Of a stretch of DNA of 64,000 nt, positions 1-11,591 are shown one piece after another. The first letter of the stretch is position 1. Each line of letters begins with the position of its first letter. The notes under the pieces were generated by a model that did not search any database, was not told the origin of the DNA, and was given only the letters and a program-made list of their open reading frames with translations. A program made the position numbers and the translations under genes. This DNA is from Eukaryota sp. GEM-RC1. Taxonomy: Eukaryota. The stretch is taken from assembly GCA_040285855.1 (NCBI GenBank), contig JAUFOQ010000010.1:1302001-1366000 (forward strand). Reading direction: 5' to 3'.

Positions 1-2461
1 AGTTCCTTAAAACTATATGATTTCAACAAACAGTGCAGAGATGAAAGTTCTGGAGCTGATATTTGGGTAAAAGTTTGTGGTGAAAATCGAAAAACACCAT
101 TTTCAATGTCTAGACAATGAGGAGAAACATCAAGATCAATCACTGATTTGTTAATGGAAAGAATTTCAAATAAACAAATAATTCCTTCTAAACATCCAAT
201 TTTCCATCCACGATAATCAACATGTTTAATAGAAACATTTGACTTTAAAGCATTTAAAAGTGATACCAAGTCAGCACTGGTAACTTGATGTTCATAACGA
301 ATATAACCAAGAGAAATATCAATAACATGGGGAGAACACTTTATATTTGGCAAGAGTTCTTCTGTTAAACTTAGTTGAAAGATTTCCAAAAGATTATTTA
401 AGTTAGTTCCGCAGTTGGAGATGTTTACCGTTTTTAAACAAGAATTGGATTTGAACGCACCGATTAATGTAAATACTTGTTCAGGAGATAAATTGCAACA
501 ACTGAAGTCAATAGAAGTCAAGGAAGTAGAGAGCCTGATTAAATCACATAATTTAGTGATTGCGTCATTGGAAAAACGCCAATTGTTGAGGGAAAGTTCT
601 TTGATATTGAAAACTCCTAAAAGATTCTGTAGAGCTGAAACTTCTTCTACAGTTACTGGAATAGACTTAGATGGAGAAAAACCAACTACTCCATTATCCA
701 AGTCAATGCAATGAGGAAAGCAATCAAAACTGATTACAGATTTGTTTAGGGAATGAATCTCCAGTAATGCTAAACATGTTTTTAGACTTGGTCGTCTCAA
801 TCCTGGACAAACTACACTTTTAATAGGAACATTTGATTTTAAAGCTTCCAACAGTGAAACTAAATCATCATCAGATATTCTTTTTCGATAACAAATAGTG
901 CCAATAGAATGATTTAAAAAATGAGGAGAAACTGCAAAGATTATTGGTGATTGATGACTAGCAATGTGTTGAAAAATAAATGAAAGTGCATTAAACTCCA
1001 AGCAAGAATTATTGAGAAGAACTCTTTTAAGTTAGAATTGAACTCAAGTGCATGAACAAATTTGATGATACTGTTATTAGATAGTTTACAGAAACTGAAG
1101 TCAATAGAAATCAATGAATTATTGACCCTGATTAGATTACACAAAGCAGTGATTGCATCGTCAGTAAAACGACACTGTTTAAGAGTAAGATGTTTGATAG
1201 TAAAAGACTCGAGAAACGACTTTAAAGTTGAGACTTCTTCGGAAGTCAAGCGAACAAGTTCTTGAGGAGAATAACAAAACACACAAAGCTTCACCTTTTT
1301 AAAACAAGTATTGTTTTTAAACACTTCATAAAGATGTGCAGTTGGAATTCGAGTTCCACCAAAAGATATTTCTTGCAATGACAAATTATACTTAAGAGCC
1401 TCAATAACTGTAGAATCAAGACTTCTACAACTAGGAAACACCAGACTTCTGATACTAGACGTGTTTAGAAGAGGGACTAGAACACTTGAATCGTCTATAA
1501 CAAGACCAGATAAATCTAATGATTTAAGTGAGTTATTACTAGCTAAAGCAGTAAACAGAATCAGTGACTCCTCCTCTTTAATAGAAGACTGAAGGAAAGT
1601 AGGTAATGATACAGACAGTTTGATACTTGTAAATGAATGAATTGAACGAAAGAGTTCAACAAGAGCAATCACATCAGAAGTCGTTAAATCTCTAACATCA
1701 ATACTTAATTCAACAATAGTAGTGCTCAACAATAGAGCTTCACAAAAAGTACATGTAGTTAAGTGAGATTCAGACCGTGTGGTAAAATCAACAAATCTTA
1801 GTCTAGGTAAGAAGAGAGGAGAAGAGCTGTCAAGTAGATAGGTCAAATTGGTGACGTCATCATTTATCCTTAGACTAGTAATTCTTGAAGTGTAGTCAAG
1901 AAGTTCTTCAACTCTAAAGGATGGATCCACACTCAAGGCAACAGATGGTACGTCTGCTTGGAAGTAACAGGCTATGGGAAGAAGAAAAGGAAGATCGTAG
2001 GCGTCGACAGACAGTGTATTGGACTCAAAGAACATTTTAACTCCAAAGAAAGCAGCTACATAGAAACGGCGACTAACATAACCCACTTGTTGGATGAACG
2101 CAGGCAGTTTGTTGGTCAAACGACGGTGACGAGAGCGGTTGTTTTGCTTATAGATAGGAAAAGACTCCCAAAGATTTGTAAGCATGTGTGAACTGATGAG
2201 AGATACTAAAGATTCCTGCAAGTGGATGAACTGTGAAGAAGGAGGAATCAAACAAAGAGAGGGGAGAGAAGCAGTGGTAAGAGAGTCAGGGAGAACATCG
2301 GGACCAGAGGGACATGTAGAAGTAGATATTGTACATGAACTGCAGAGACAACTTGATCTCCATTGATCTCGGCATTTGAGGGAGCAAACATAGCGATCGC
2401 AACAGACTTCAATGAGACAAGCATCGACGGTTTTACAGAAGAAACAAGGACGTTTATCCAT
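1..2461 (-). CDS. LRR family gene A: Cys-rich Zn finger + F-box-like core + RNI-type LRR array; 3' end lies outside the window; one frameshift near 1024
   Basis: ORF 941-2554, likely ATG at 2461 (MDKRPCFFC..CCDRYVCSLKC); HLQESLVSLI..VGYVS core; LKSLDLSG-type repeats; 1-1000 is homologous to 25000-25960 in a shifted frame. Confidence 0.85.
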
Positions 2462-2887
2462 GAGATGGTAATGTATGTTCGAACCAGTTGCTGGGTGTGG
2501 TGTTCGCACACGGGTACGGCTTTTTCTGACCTTGAATCGCACCCTCCCCCCCATCTCTTTTTTTTGGAAGAACTCCTCTCCTTACAAGATAATTGCGATA
2601 GTAGTTCAAAAGTGACAATAGCTGCTCTCTTACTGTAACAATTACACTTAGCTCAGCCCACGATAATTATATTGGACTTCTGTATTTGTCAAAGACATCG
2701 CTATCATTGTTTCATACACTTCGTCCTTGTTGTATCTCTTCAATTCCCTCACTGATCACGTGTCTGATGATGACGTTGCCCAATCTGTAATCCATCATCA
2801 GTAAAAAACTGTATTGAACCATAAAACAACCTAATCTATCAATTCTATCAATTTGTCTTTCTTCATGGATGGTAACCACTTCAACTC

Positions 2888-2927
2888 CATCAGTATTATT
2901 GGGACCTCATCAGTATTATTGGGACCT
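2888..2927. repeat. 20-bp direct tandem duplication
   Basis: catcagtattattgggacct x2. Confidence 0.9.
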
Positions 2928-3399
2928 CGGGGTTCTCGATGGGAGAATTATGAGGCAATAAAGAGGACTCTTGGGAGGTCAGTTGTTCCAGTTTTTGGCG
3001 GTGTTTTTCCATCAGGGCTCCAGCTCTATTGCCTCCAAATGTCTTTTGATCTTCAAGGGAGGAGGCCGTGGACACTGTTTCACATTGGAGGTAGATCCAG
3101 TATAATACGAAGCTAAGCGACTTCTGGATCCGGTAACGTTGTGGTTACAGCAGCGACACTTGTATTTTTCATGAGAGTGGTGTTTTGTTGAGCTTTTTCT
3201 GGTTGGAAGACGAACGACTGTAAAGAAGTCGAATACTTCAGTGCTATCCAGTGATAAATATTAAATAGATATGACAAAGTATGACTAAGAACTGAAGGTT
3301 GTGAAATATTAGAATTTCATAAGTGACACGTCATCGCACCCAACTGCATTTTAAGTGTGCGAGAGTGAAAAGTGTCGCACCCAGCAACACTGGTTCGAA

Positions 3400-4936
3400 C
3401 ACAGAGACAAAAAAATGTAATTTGAATCATTGTTCTTGTACGATTTCATCCACTCCTCGTGTCAAACAAGTTGATCCTTTGGGCCCTTTTTCTTTTCTGT
3501 TTGCCCTTGCAAAGAATTCTTCGCAAATTCTCAAGCGAATTCCCAGGATTAAGGTTGAACTCGTATGCCTCTTTGGTTGGCCCTTTGGAAGTCATTAAAT
3601 CGAGTTTTCCTCGTTTTGTTGAATTGTCTTCAAGTATTGGTTTGTCAATTAATTTTCAAAAATGTCTTGTCATTGGACGTTCATCAGTTTATTTGAATTT
3701 TGGGGAATCTTCCATTCCGTTTGTCAATTATTCAGTTGAATGTGTCAAGTTTTTGGGCAATTATATTGGTAATGATGACAAAACTGATCAGACTTTATCA
3801 CATAAGAATAATTGTATCTTTCAGCAGCTTAACCAAATCGTTGATCTAGATGTAGGCAAACAAGTTTCTTTTGCTATGCTGCAAGTTTGTTTTGGTGGTA
3901 AAATTAATCTACGTGGTTTACCTTCTGAACTAACTCTCGAATTATCTCGTAATTTTAATTCATTGTGCACAAATTTTGTTAGTTATCCGGTTGGTAACAA
4001 AGACTCTTCATTTCCTTCTCATTGTTTCACTTCTACTTCTTTTGGTGGTATTAGTTTTACGAAAGCTAAGTACATGCGTGATGGTGCCTTTTTGGGCTCT
4101 TTGGAGAATTTTTGTTTGACTTTCAGAATCGTTATCATGTGTTATGGAAAACGAAAGATTTTTTACTTCACTCACCTTGTGCATGGTTAATTAGTCTTCA
4201 AAATTTAATTGATAATCTTGACTCCAATTTGTGGTCAGATTTATTTCCTGTTGTGGTAACAGAACTTCAGCAGAGAAGCATTTTCTCTTTGCCTTTGTGT
4301 GTTCGCAAGTTACAGAAGAAGTTTGTTTTGTTTCACGAAAGCTTGGACTTTAAGAACCGTATTAGTTTGGCTAAGACTCAGAGTCCCGCTTTTTGTGCAT
4401 TGTTGCATGATATTTATTCAAGATCTGCGTCTTCATTTGTTTCTCGTTTGCCAAGAAAATTTTGTTTCAGTCTTAAGGATCATGAATGGCTTATAAACAT
4501 GAGACATAGGTTAGGTTTATGGCCTTCAGGTCTTTTGAAGCATTCTCCATGTCTTTGTGGTCGTTCAAAGGCTTCAAATTTTCATCATTTAGTTAACTGT
4601 CATCAATTTATTCATTTTCATTTTAGATCAATAATTCACAACAGTATCAGGGATACACGTTTGGATATGTTTAAAGCTAATGCTTTTCATGGAAAAATTG
4701 AACCTGTACTTGCTAATCTTTCTGATCAGCAGAAAGTTGATAGAAGTCGCGGTGATTTGATTGGTCCTTGGTTATCTTGTCAGGAAATTATCATGGATTT
4801 CACAACTGTTGATCCTTGTATTTCAAGATCAATTTCCAAAAATTTTGATGATGATTTTTCTGCTCTTGAAGTGGCTGAAAAAGGAAAAAATACAAAGTAC
4901 TGCCACTTAATTAACCAATTGACCTTCCCACAATGA
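3400..4936 (+). mobile_element. Degenerate non-LTR retrotransposon fragment, RLE type (R2/CRE superclade): RT C-terminus/thumb, CCHC knuckle, restriction-like endonuclease
   Basis: GLSINFQKC and VKFLGNYIG (late RT motifs); CLCG..HHLVNC, HNSIRD, RGDL, MDFTTVDP, AE.GK..KY; the YLDD catalytic segment is missing. Confidence 0.8.
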
Positions 4937-5440
4937 AGAAGAGATTTCGAGACCAATGTTAATGATACAAATGTGTAGTGCGGTTAAGGTTCTGTGTAAT
5001 AAGTGAAATTGTACAATAAGTTGTGGATTTAGACACTCTCTTTATGAATACATCTTTGTAGTAAAAGAAACTACTGTGGATTTCTCCAACAAAAATGTTT
5101 GAGGACATAAATAGTATCACGATAAATTTAGTTTCACTACATAAATACTATTTATTAAATAGTCTCAGTGAGACTAATTACCACTACTTTTTGGAATTGG
5201 GTTGTTCGTTAGATAATTTGTACTAATAGCTCTATTTGTTGGCAAAATTGGTGATTTTAATCATTCTTGAATACACTATTCTTATGCTTACAGCTAAATA
5301 CCATCAGTTTGTAATCTGTTTAAGCATGTGTATTTTGTTTCTGTCAGGAATACGCAATGTGTTTTCACCGTCTGACGGATCAACAATCATTGTTTCAGTG
5401 TAACGACAGGAAAACAAACGAAATGTATATTACTAAAATA

Positions 5441-5555
5441 CGACAGGAAGGAGGAGTCGAACCCCTGGGTTAAGCAACCTCTGGCGTAATACTTGCCATA
5501 GCAAGATGAGCCTCGAAGGCCACGCCATATGTCCACTGGGACACAACATCCCGTC
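5441..5555 (-). ncRNA. tRNA-Sec-scaffold RNA, copy 1 (anticodon arm replaced by a 49-nt branched domain)
   Basis: GACGGGATG/CTTCCTGTC 9-bp acceptor with U.U; GTGTCC-CAGT-GGACAT D arm; GGTT-GCTT-AACC variable arm; GGGG-TTCGACT-CCTC T arm; discriminator G; TATTTT follows. Confidence 0.8.
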
Positions 5556-5610
5556 AATAATGATTGACGGGATTGGTTAATGTCCATATAATTTGAAATG
5601 CCAATGTGGG

Positions 5611-5624
5611 CAATCTGTAACACC
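5611..5624 (-). promoter_or_regulatory. Candidate PSE-like upstream element of tRNA-Sec-like copy 1
   Basis: GGTGTTACAGATTG at -69..-56; 10/14 match to the motif at the same offset upstream of copy 2. Confidence 0.45.
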
Positions 5625-5639
5625 TAGAAATTTATTGAA

Positions 5640-6324
5640 TCGTAACCGTTTTATTTCTTTTTAGAAGTAAGGTTCATGATTCAGTAAGGGATCAATTATA
5701 TTGTATGTGTAAATCTTATGGAATAGTTTCCTTTTTAGATCCAGTTCTGGCTGGTTTGTTTGATGACACAGATGTTGACAAATCGTTTGGAAATAGTCGT
5801 GATGTCATATTTCCTGTCCTTGATGGATCTTTCATTATTGCTGATGTTATGTCTATCGATGTTTGTGATGATTCCTACAAGAAACTTGCTAAATCTGATG
5901 CTAAAACCCCTTGTTGATTGGTGAAAAATTTAAAATACAAATATATTGTGCTAAATCAAATTATTGAATTCGACCTCACACTCGAATTACTTGTTGTACC
6001 CTTTCGTATTTTCACTATACGGTACTTTAGGTGAATCTGCATCATCATTACTTGAAATCTTTGTGAAGATTGTAAAAGAAAAAACATCTAAGACTTTTGA
6101 TCTTAGATTTTGGAAAAATCGAATCGTGTTTGCTATCTTTAAAGGTATGGTGACTTCTGTATCTAGCGCTTTATTATCTCTTGGCAGACATTATGAAGAT
6201 AAGGTAGGTGACAATTTCCAGTGAGGCAATCTAGACTTTGAGGATATTGATTATTAGATGTGTGTACACTGTAGTGTTGTTGTCTATCACTTTTAGAATA
6301 AATAAATAAAAATAAAGAAAAAAA
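5640..6324 (+). mobile_element. 5'-truncated RLE non-LTR retrotransposon 3' end with A-rich tail
   Basis: RSKVHDSVRD, RDVIFP..ADVMSIDV and YPFVFSLYGTLG RLE motifs; ends in aataaataaataaaaataaagaaaaaaaa. Confidence 0.75.
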
Positions 6325-7556
6325 AGATTTTGGACGATCAATAAATTATTGATAGATTATTGATTGCAATAGAATGAGATAAATATATATATGAAAAGCC
6401 CTGGCATTGTCCGGTGCAGTATCAGGGCTTGCAAAGTTCATGATATTAAAGAAACAGTTGTCTGATTGAATTGTACTTTTCAAAAATGGATTAAGATCAT
6501 AAAATAGAAATCTAATTCAATGACGTCTACATTTAACTCGACATCACAATCAATCAATCCACAGCTTCTCACCTAGCAATAGTTCTGTCGAACTTCGACA
6601 CAAAGACATACTCCAAGCTCTACATAAAACGCCCATGATTTAAGGACTACGGCAACTAGAGAAAATGCATAGCGATAGAACAACAGCTGATAAACTGACT
6701 GATATCGACTTTTCTCTACTCACATGTCTACGACCCGCGTAGTCTACAAAAACATAATATGGATATTGTTTTCAACCAAAAACTATATCCAATCACACGG
6801 TTTTACATTATTACCCGACACATCGAAACTAAATCATGATAAAAACTCCTAATCTGTTTAGAAACAGTATTGTTACACCCATCACTGTTCTTGCGAGTTA
6901 CAGCGAAGTTACTTGAATCTTTTATCTACTTTCTGACAGCAAAAATTACAATTTAACTTCTGATTGAACTAATTATCGTCATTTGAATACAAATATAATT
7001 TATCCACATTTTGAGATATTTCTAAGTGATCAGAAATTGTCATGGGCTTACAGATCAGTCTTTTCGATACGGTTATCAAGACGATGTGACTGATTGAATT
7101 GCTGTTTGATTTTAACACATATTAGCCTAATAATATTAAGCCACTTTCAGTATGTCCGTGTTCGTCGTCCCATATTCGCTTTAATCACTAAGTTTATTCA
7201 TTCTTTTCAACTATTAAGTATACTGAGAAAACAACAAATACAGTAGTATTTGAAGACACCGTGTTGACACACATGCGTTTGAAGAACCAGTAGATATTTG
7301 GAACCCTGTTAAACTTTGATGAAGAACAATAATTCCAGTTATCAAGCCTGCTTTAGAAATTTAATCCCCGTAATTGAAATGACCTACAAGTGATCTTTAT
7401 TATACAAGTTCCATTAATGCTGCTTCCATCACAATGAGAATTGCAGTACTTTTTAACAGTTTACTTTACAAATTTCTTTAGTATTTATAGTTTTAAATTG
7501 ATCACGATATATTGTATTAATCGACATACATGATGTTGCTTCCATCAAAATGAGAA

Positions 7557-7967
7557 TTGCAGTACTTTTTACTGATGATGCTTTAGACTTGTTACGTGAT
7601 TTAATCAGGACCAGTACGTCATTGACTTCTCTTGACTTATATAACTGTAACTGATCTGATGCAGATTTATCAGGTATTATTGATTCTGTTCGACTCATTT
7701 CGTCTTTACAATTTAGCGAAAATACTTGTAGAGGACTTGGAAGTACAAGAAGAGCAATAGCTGAGCTGTGGAAAGAAGAGAGTTTTTTCCAAAATTGACC
7801 TTGTGGGTAACTCTACTGATTGATGAAACTGTTTGAGAATTTTGATTATAATTGAGGTTAAATTTGCGATTGAATATATTAATCACGGAAAAGCTGATGT
7901 CAACAAAAGAAGCGGAATAGAAATTTGAACAATCTCAAATGGACGTATTGTATTTCTAAGGAATTAA
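7557..7967 (+). pseudogene. Decayed C-terminal part of an LRR family gene
   Basis: FTDDALDLLRDLIRTSTSLTSLDL...ISNGRIVFLRN*, homologous to 11592-12000 in the opposite orientation; contains stops and indels. Confidence 0.75.
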
Positions 7968-8419
7968 TGAATACAGTCCTTTTGTCTGCAGTCAATCAAA
8001 CACGAGACTCAGCAATATTGATGCAGTACATGATTGTGTTCTCTGTAATTTTCGTGCAGTTGTTGACATCATAAACAATTAATATTTATTGATCATATAG
8101 ATTTAGTGGCCTCTTACAAAATGTAGCAATGTTTTCTGAATTGAAAAAAATCTATTTATTGCAATTATTGCAAAATAGTAATATCGTTACGTTTCCATCA
8201 AAACTTGCAACAAATGAACTTACATTCACTTGAACTTCTATTCAATTTAATTGAATCAGATTACAAATGTCAAACGACTCGGCTCAAGCCGTATGCCGAT
8301 CGACTTGAGCAAATTCTCTTGCTCATGCAAATTTGGTTACTCAAATGACTCAAGTCAAAGCCATTTTGGAATTTTATGGCCAACTCAAATCTTTCTCCCC
8401 TCCTGACTAAACTCTGTTC

Positions 8420-8660
8420 ATAATTGTTCACCCGGTGCGCTTTCCACGCAATGAGATTGCAAGGTCAAATAGATGGAAGTTTTTCGAACATTGGCAGATA
8501 CCTTCCTATCTGTGTGACTCTTCCAACATCAGCCTTCTTCTCGTGTTCCCCTCCCTCATTTTTTTATCCGACCCCTTTTCTTCTTCGCTTTCTTGCGAGG
8601 ATATAGCTGAACCGAAGCACATACGTTTTCAGCAGTCTTTACTAGCTCTCATCAATTCTT
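8420..8660 (+). pseudogene. N-terminal fragment of an LRR family gene, truncated by non-LTR sequence
   Basis: SSSLSCEDIAEPKHIRFQQSLLALINS matches SSLACEDVAHPKHIHCQQTLLVLISS of gene C. Confidence 0.75.
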
Positions 8661-9545
8661 GTCTTGTAAGAAATGTCATGAGTTTATCTCTAAATTGCCC
8701 AATACTTTGGACAACATTTCAAACTATGTTTTCTTATTGGTAAGCGGTTTGCGGATCTTATGTATGGTGAGCAATCTATCCAGTTTGTGGACTACAACAC
8801 TGAAGCTGTCCGTTTTTTGGGTTCCTATATTGGCAATCCTTTGCAGATTGAGAGTGTGTTCAATAATTATCTTCAGAAAATCAAAGTTCAATTGGAGACT
8901 ATACAAGATCTCAAGATCGATAACCACTTGGCTTTTTCAGAAAACTTTCGGTCTGTTTTGGATCGAAAATCAATCATCTTCTTAGATCTTTATCACCTGA
9001 GCTTTCTCTTGGTTTTGCTCGTGAGTTCAACTCTTTGAGAACTCAATTTTTAGGGAATTTGGTTGAAATCAATAGTTCCAAAATTCCTTATCATGCCTTT
9101 TCAGTTCAAAATTTGGTAGTGCTGGTTTTCCAAGAGCTGATTATTTATGTAAAAGTGCTTTCGTTGGTGGTATGAAGAACTTTCTTTTGAGAGTAAGCTT
9201 CGGTTCGAAAATATTTTCGATTCAGTTGTAGACGGCTCTTACGCTTTATTGAACTCTTTGGAGGAGTTAGTTCAAGGTTTGCCTATTGAAGTTTGGAACA
9301 AAAGTTTCCCGAAAAGTGTTTCATCTATTCCTGATCGGTCAATTGAATTTCTATCTCTTGTTGTAGTTAAGTTACAGAATGCAACATTACTTGGGTTGGA
9401 AGACTTGGATTTTAGTAAAAGACTTAGTGTGACTAAGATTGATAATCCCGTCTTTGCAGCTTTTTTATGTGACATTCAACAATGTTCTAGCTTCATCACT
9501 CAACAACCTAGACCTTTTGGTTTACATTTGAACAATGATGCTTGG
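8660..9545 (+). mobile_element. Degenerate RLE non-LTR retrotransposon fragment (RT thumb/linker)
   Basis: EAVRFLGSYIG, LDFSKRLSVTK, QQPRPFGLHLNNDAW; paralogous to 3700-4500. Confidence 0.7.
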
Positions 9546-11215
9546 AAAACTCTTTCAGTACATGAGTTGAAACTGCTCGATCACTCCCAAAACAAACTCA
9601 GATCTAAAAATGTGAGATCCTTGATACAGGAACATGACTTGTGCTACAGTATAGTACATGTATCAGTATAACTCTCATCACTCGCACTAAAACTACTTTT
9701 TGTACTTCATCCTCTTAATTGCCACACTCCTATCAATGCTAGTGTAAACATTGAAACTATTCATCTACCATCTTCTGAGTCATCATGATCACGATCCTGT
9801 AGATTTTGATGGAAACAAGAGTCAAATTGTTTTCATTTTCTTAATGTTCGTCTTTATCTTCATCAATATTCTCTTCAGACTTGAAGCTATCTCACACGAA
9901 CGATTGCCCTCCGTCTCATACCTCCACCTCTCCGTACATTTCCCCTATCTCTATCACCATCATTTTTGGGAAGTCTTCGCTATCTTTTCACAAAAGATAC
10001 AGATGAAATTTCTCAACAACTGACATGCTGCTGTTTTTAATGACTATCAGTTCTATCTATCATTCACCACTCATAGGTTGGTGGTTTCTCAGTCTGTTCC
10101 AATCTATATGGTTCATCGTTGTCAGGAGTCGTCTGGTAATTTCCAAAGTCGTACTGGATTCTATCATAATCTTTATTGGTGACAACATTCTGAAGATAAT
10201 CTCTCGTAATGTTTATGTAATTGACCATTTCTTTAATCTGAATATGATTATTTATTGAGTTGTTTTTCAAATTACATCAAATAAGTCTGTGAATGGGTCA
10301 AAACTGCATCTGTTTTTCAAAAAAATTGATTTATTTCAATCTTGGATTGAAATCCACTTCATTGTTTTCAGCAAATCCGAAATTTTGTTGTATTCTGCGG
10401 TCGTTCTATTCAACAGTTTTCCAATATATTAATATCGAAATCAGCTAACAGAATTACATCCGCAAATGGTCTGAACAAATCAGAAATTTGGCTTAGTTAC
10501 TGGCCACTACAAGGGAAAAACTCATGGGCATCAACTCGATTCAAAATTCTGTGAATTAATTTTTTTTTGCAATTTTCTAATCATTGACAGAAAATCTCTG
10601 TGAAGAAGAATACTTACTATTTCATCCTTACATTAAATCAGTGGTTGAAGAAGTAATAAACCTGGTGTCACCTGGAAAAAGTAATTTATTCAGAAACGTT
10701 GATTGAACACATCACGAGAAGTCTTTTGTTTTCTTCAATGTCAATAAAACTATTCAATAAGATTGTTGACAGCAACAATTCGTTCTTGTACATTCGATAA
10801 AGTAAGATCTAATTTATGAGCAGCACAATGAAGCCAGTTCACGACGTGTCGCTCATTCTTCTTTGGAGAGTTTGCTGCATATACTTGTATCATTGGTGCA
10901 TTCAGATAATACTTGTTGTCAATCCCACTTCGCACACTTGGGAATATCTCATATGTTCATAAGTGATAGGTATGGAACAAGACACCTTCTTTAGTGGTTC
11001 TGGATTCGCTGTGGTGACACTAACGAGTGTGACATCGCAGCTGTCACAGCATGTGTACAAGTTGGTAGAATTCGTCCGATTTGTCACATTAATGATATTG
11101 TACACGTAATTTGTTCTTTTTATAACACAATTTCTTGCAAAGTGGGAATGAGCTCTGCATTTAGGCCAAATATTGAACGTGAAAAAGATTTGTTAATGGC
11201 ATGTGACATAACTCT
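9546..11215 (-). mobile_element. Triplicated module, copy 1: decayed hAT transposase plus LRR-gene upstream region
   Basis: NWLHCAAHKLDLTLSNVQERI matches TWLPCAAHTFDLALTNVEGRI of the hAT near 50990; DNA is homologous to 19698-21335 and 30747-32255. Confidence 0.75.
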
Positions 11216-11591
11216 AATTGCTGATAGTACTGGTCAGAGGATCTGTATATCTAATGCTAAATAGAAGACAGTTTTATAATCAATGTCTATTTTGGGAAGT
11301 TATAATTTGATTGATCAATATTTGTTATGATGTCTTGAAGCAATCTTTTGGTAATTCTTCTGATTTAATACATGAAATTCGTGTATTTTGTATCCAATGA
11401 GAGGAATAAATTAGTCCCTGTCATCGATTTCTTTTCCCCCAACAGATTTGTGATTTACGTCTTCAAAATAATATTTATTGTTCTAAAGTTTTTAGTATAT
11501 ATGTATAATGTGACTTTAATTGCAGTAAAAAATGAAGACCAACATTTTCTTTGAATTTTGACGGATTGCATATAAAAACTGACTGGATTGG

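Noticed and set aside
5441..5555. Ordinary intron-containing tRNA-Arg(TCG) or tRNA-Sec
   Set aside because: The anticodon stem would be 8-9 bp or lack U33; no 37/38 excision gives a standard arm in either copy
6396..6430. GC-rich hairpin as a SECIS element or Helitron end
   Set aside because: Lacks a correctly spaced AUGA/AA/GA core and an upstream UGA-containing ORF; no CTRR terminus at the expected place
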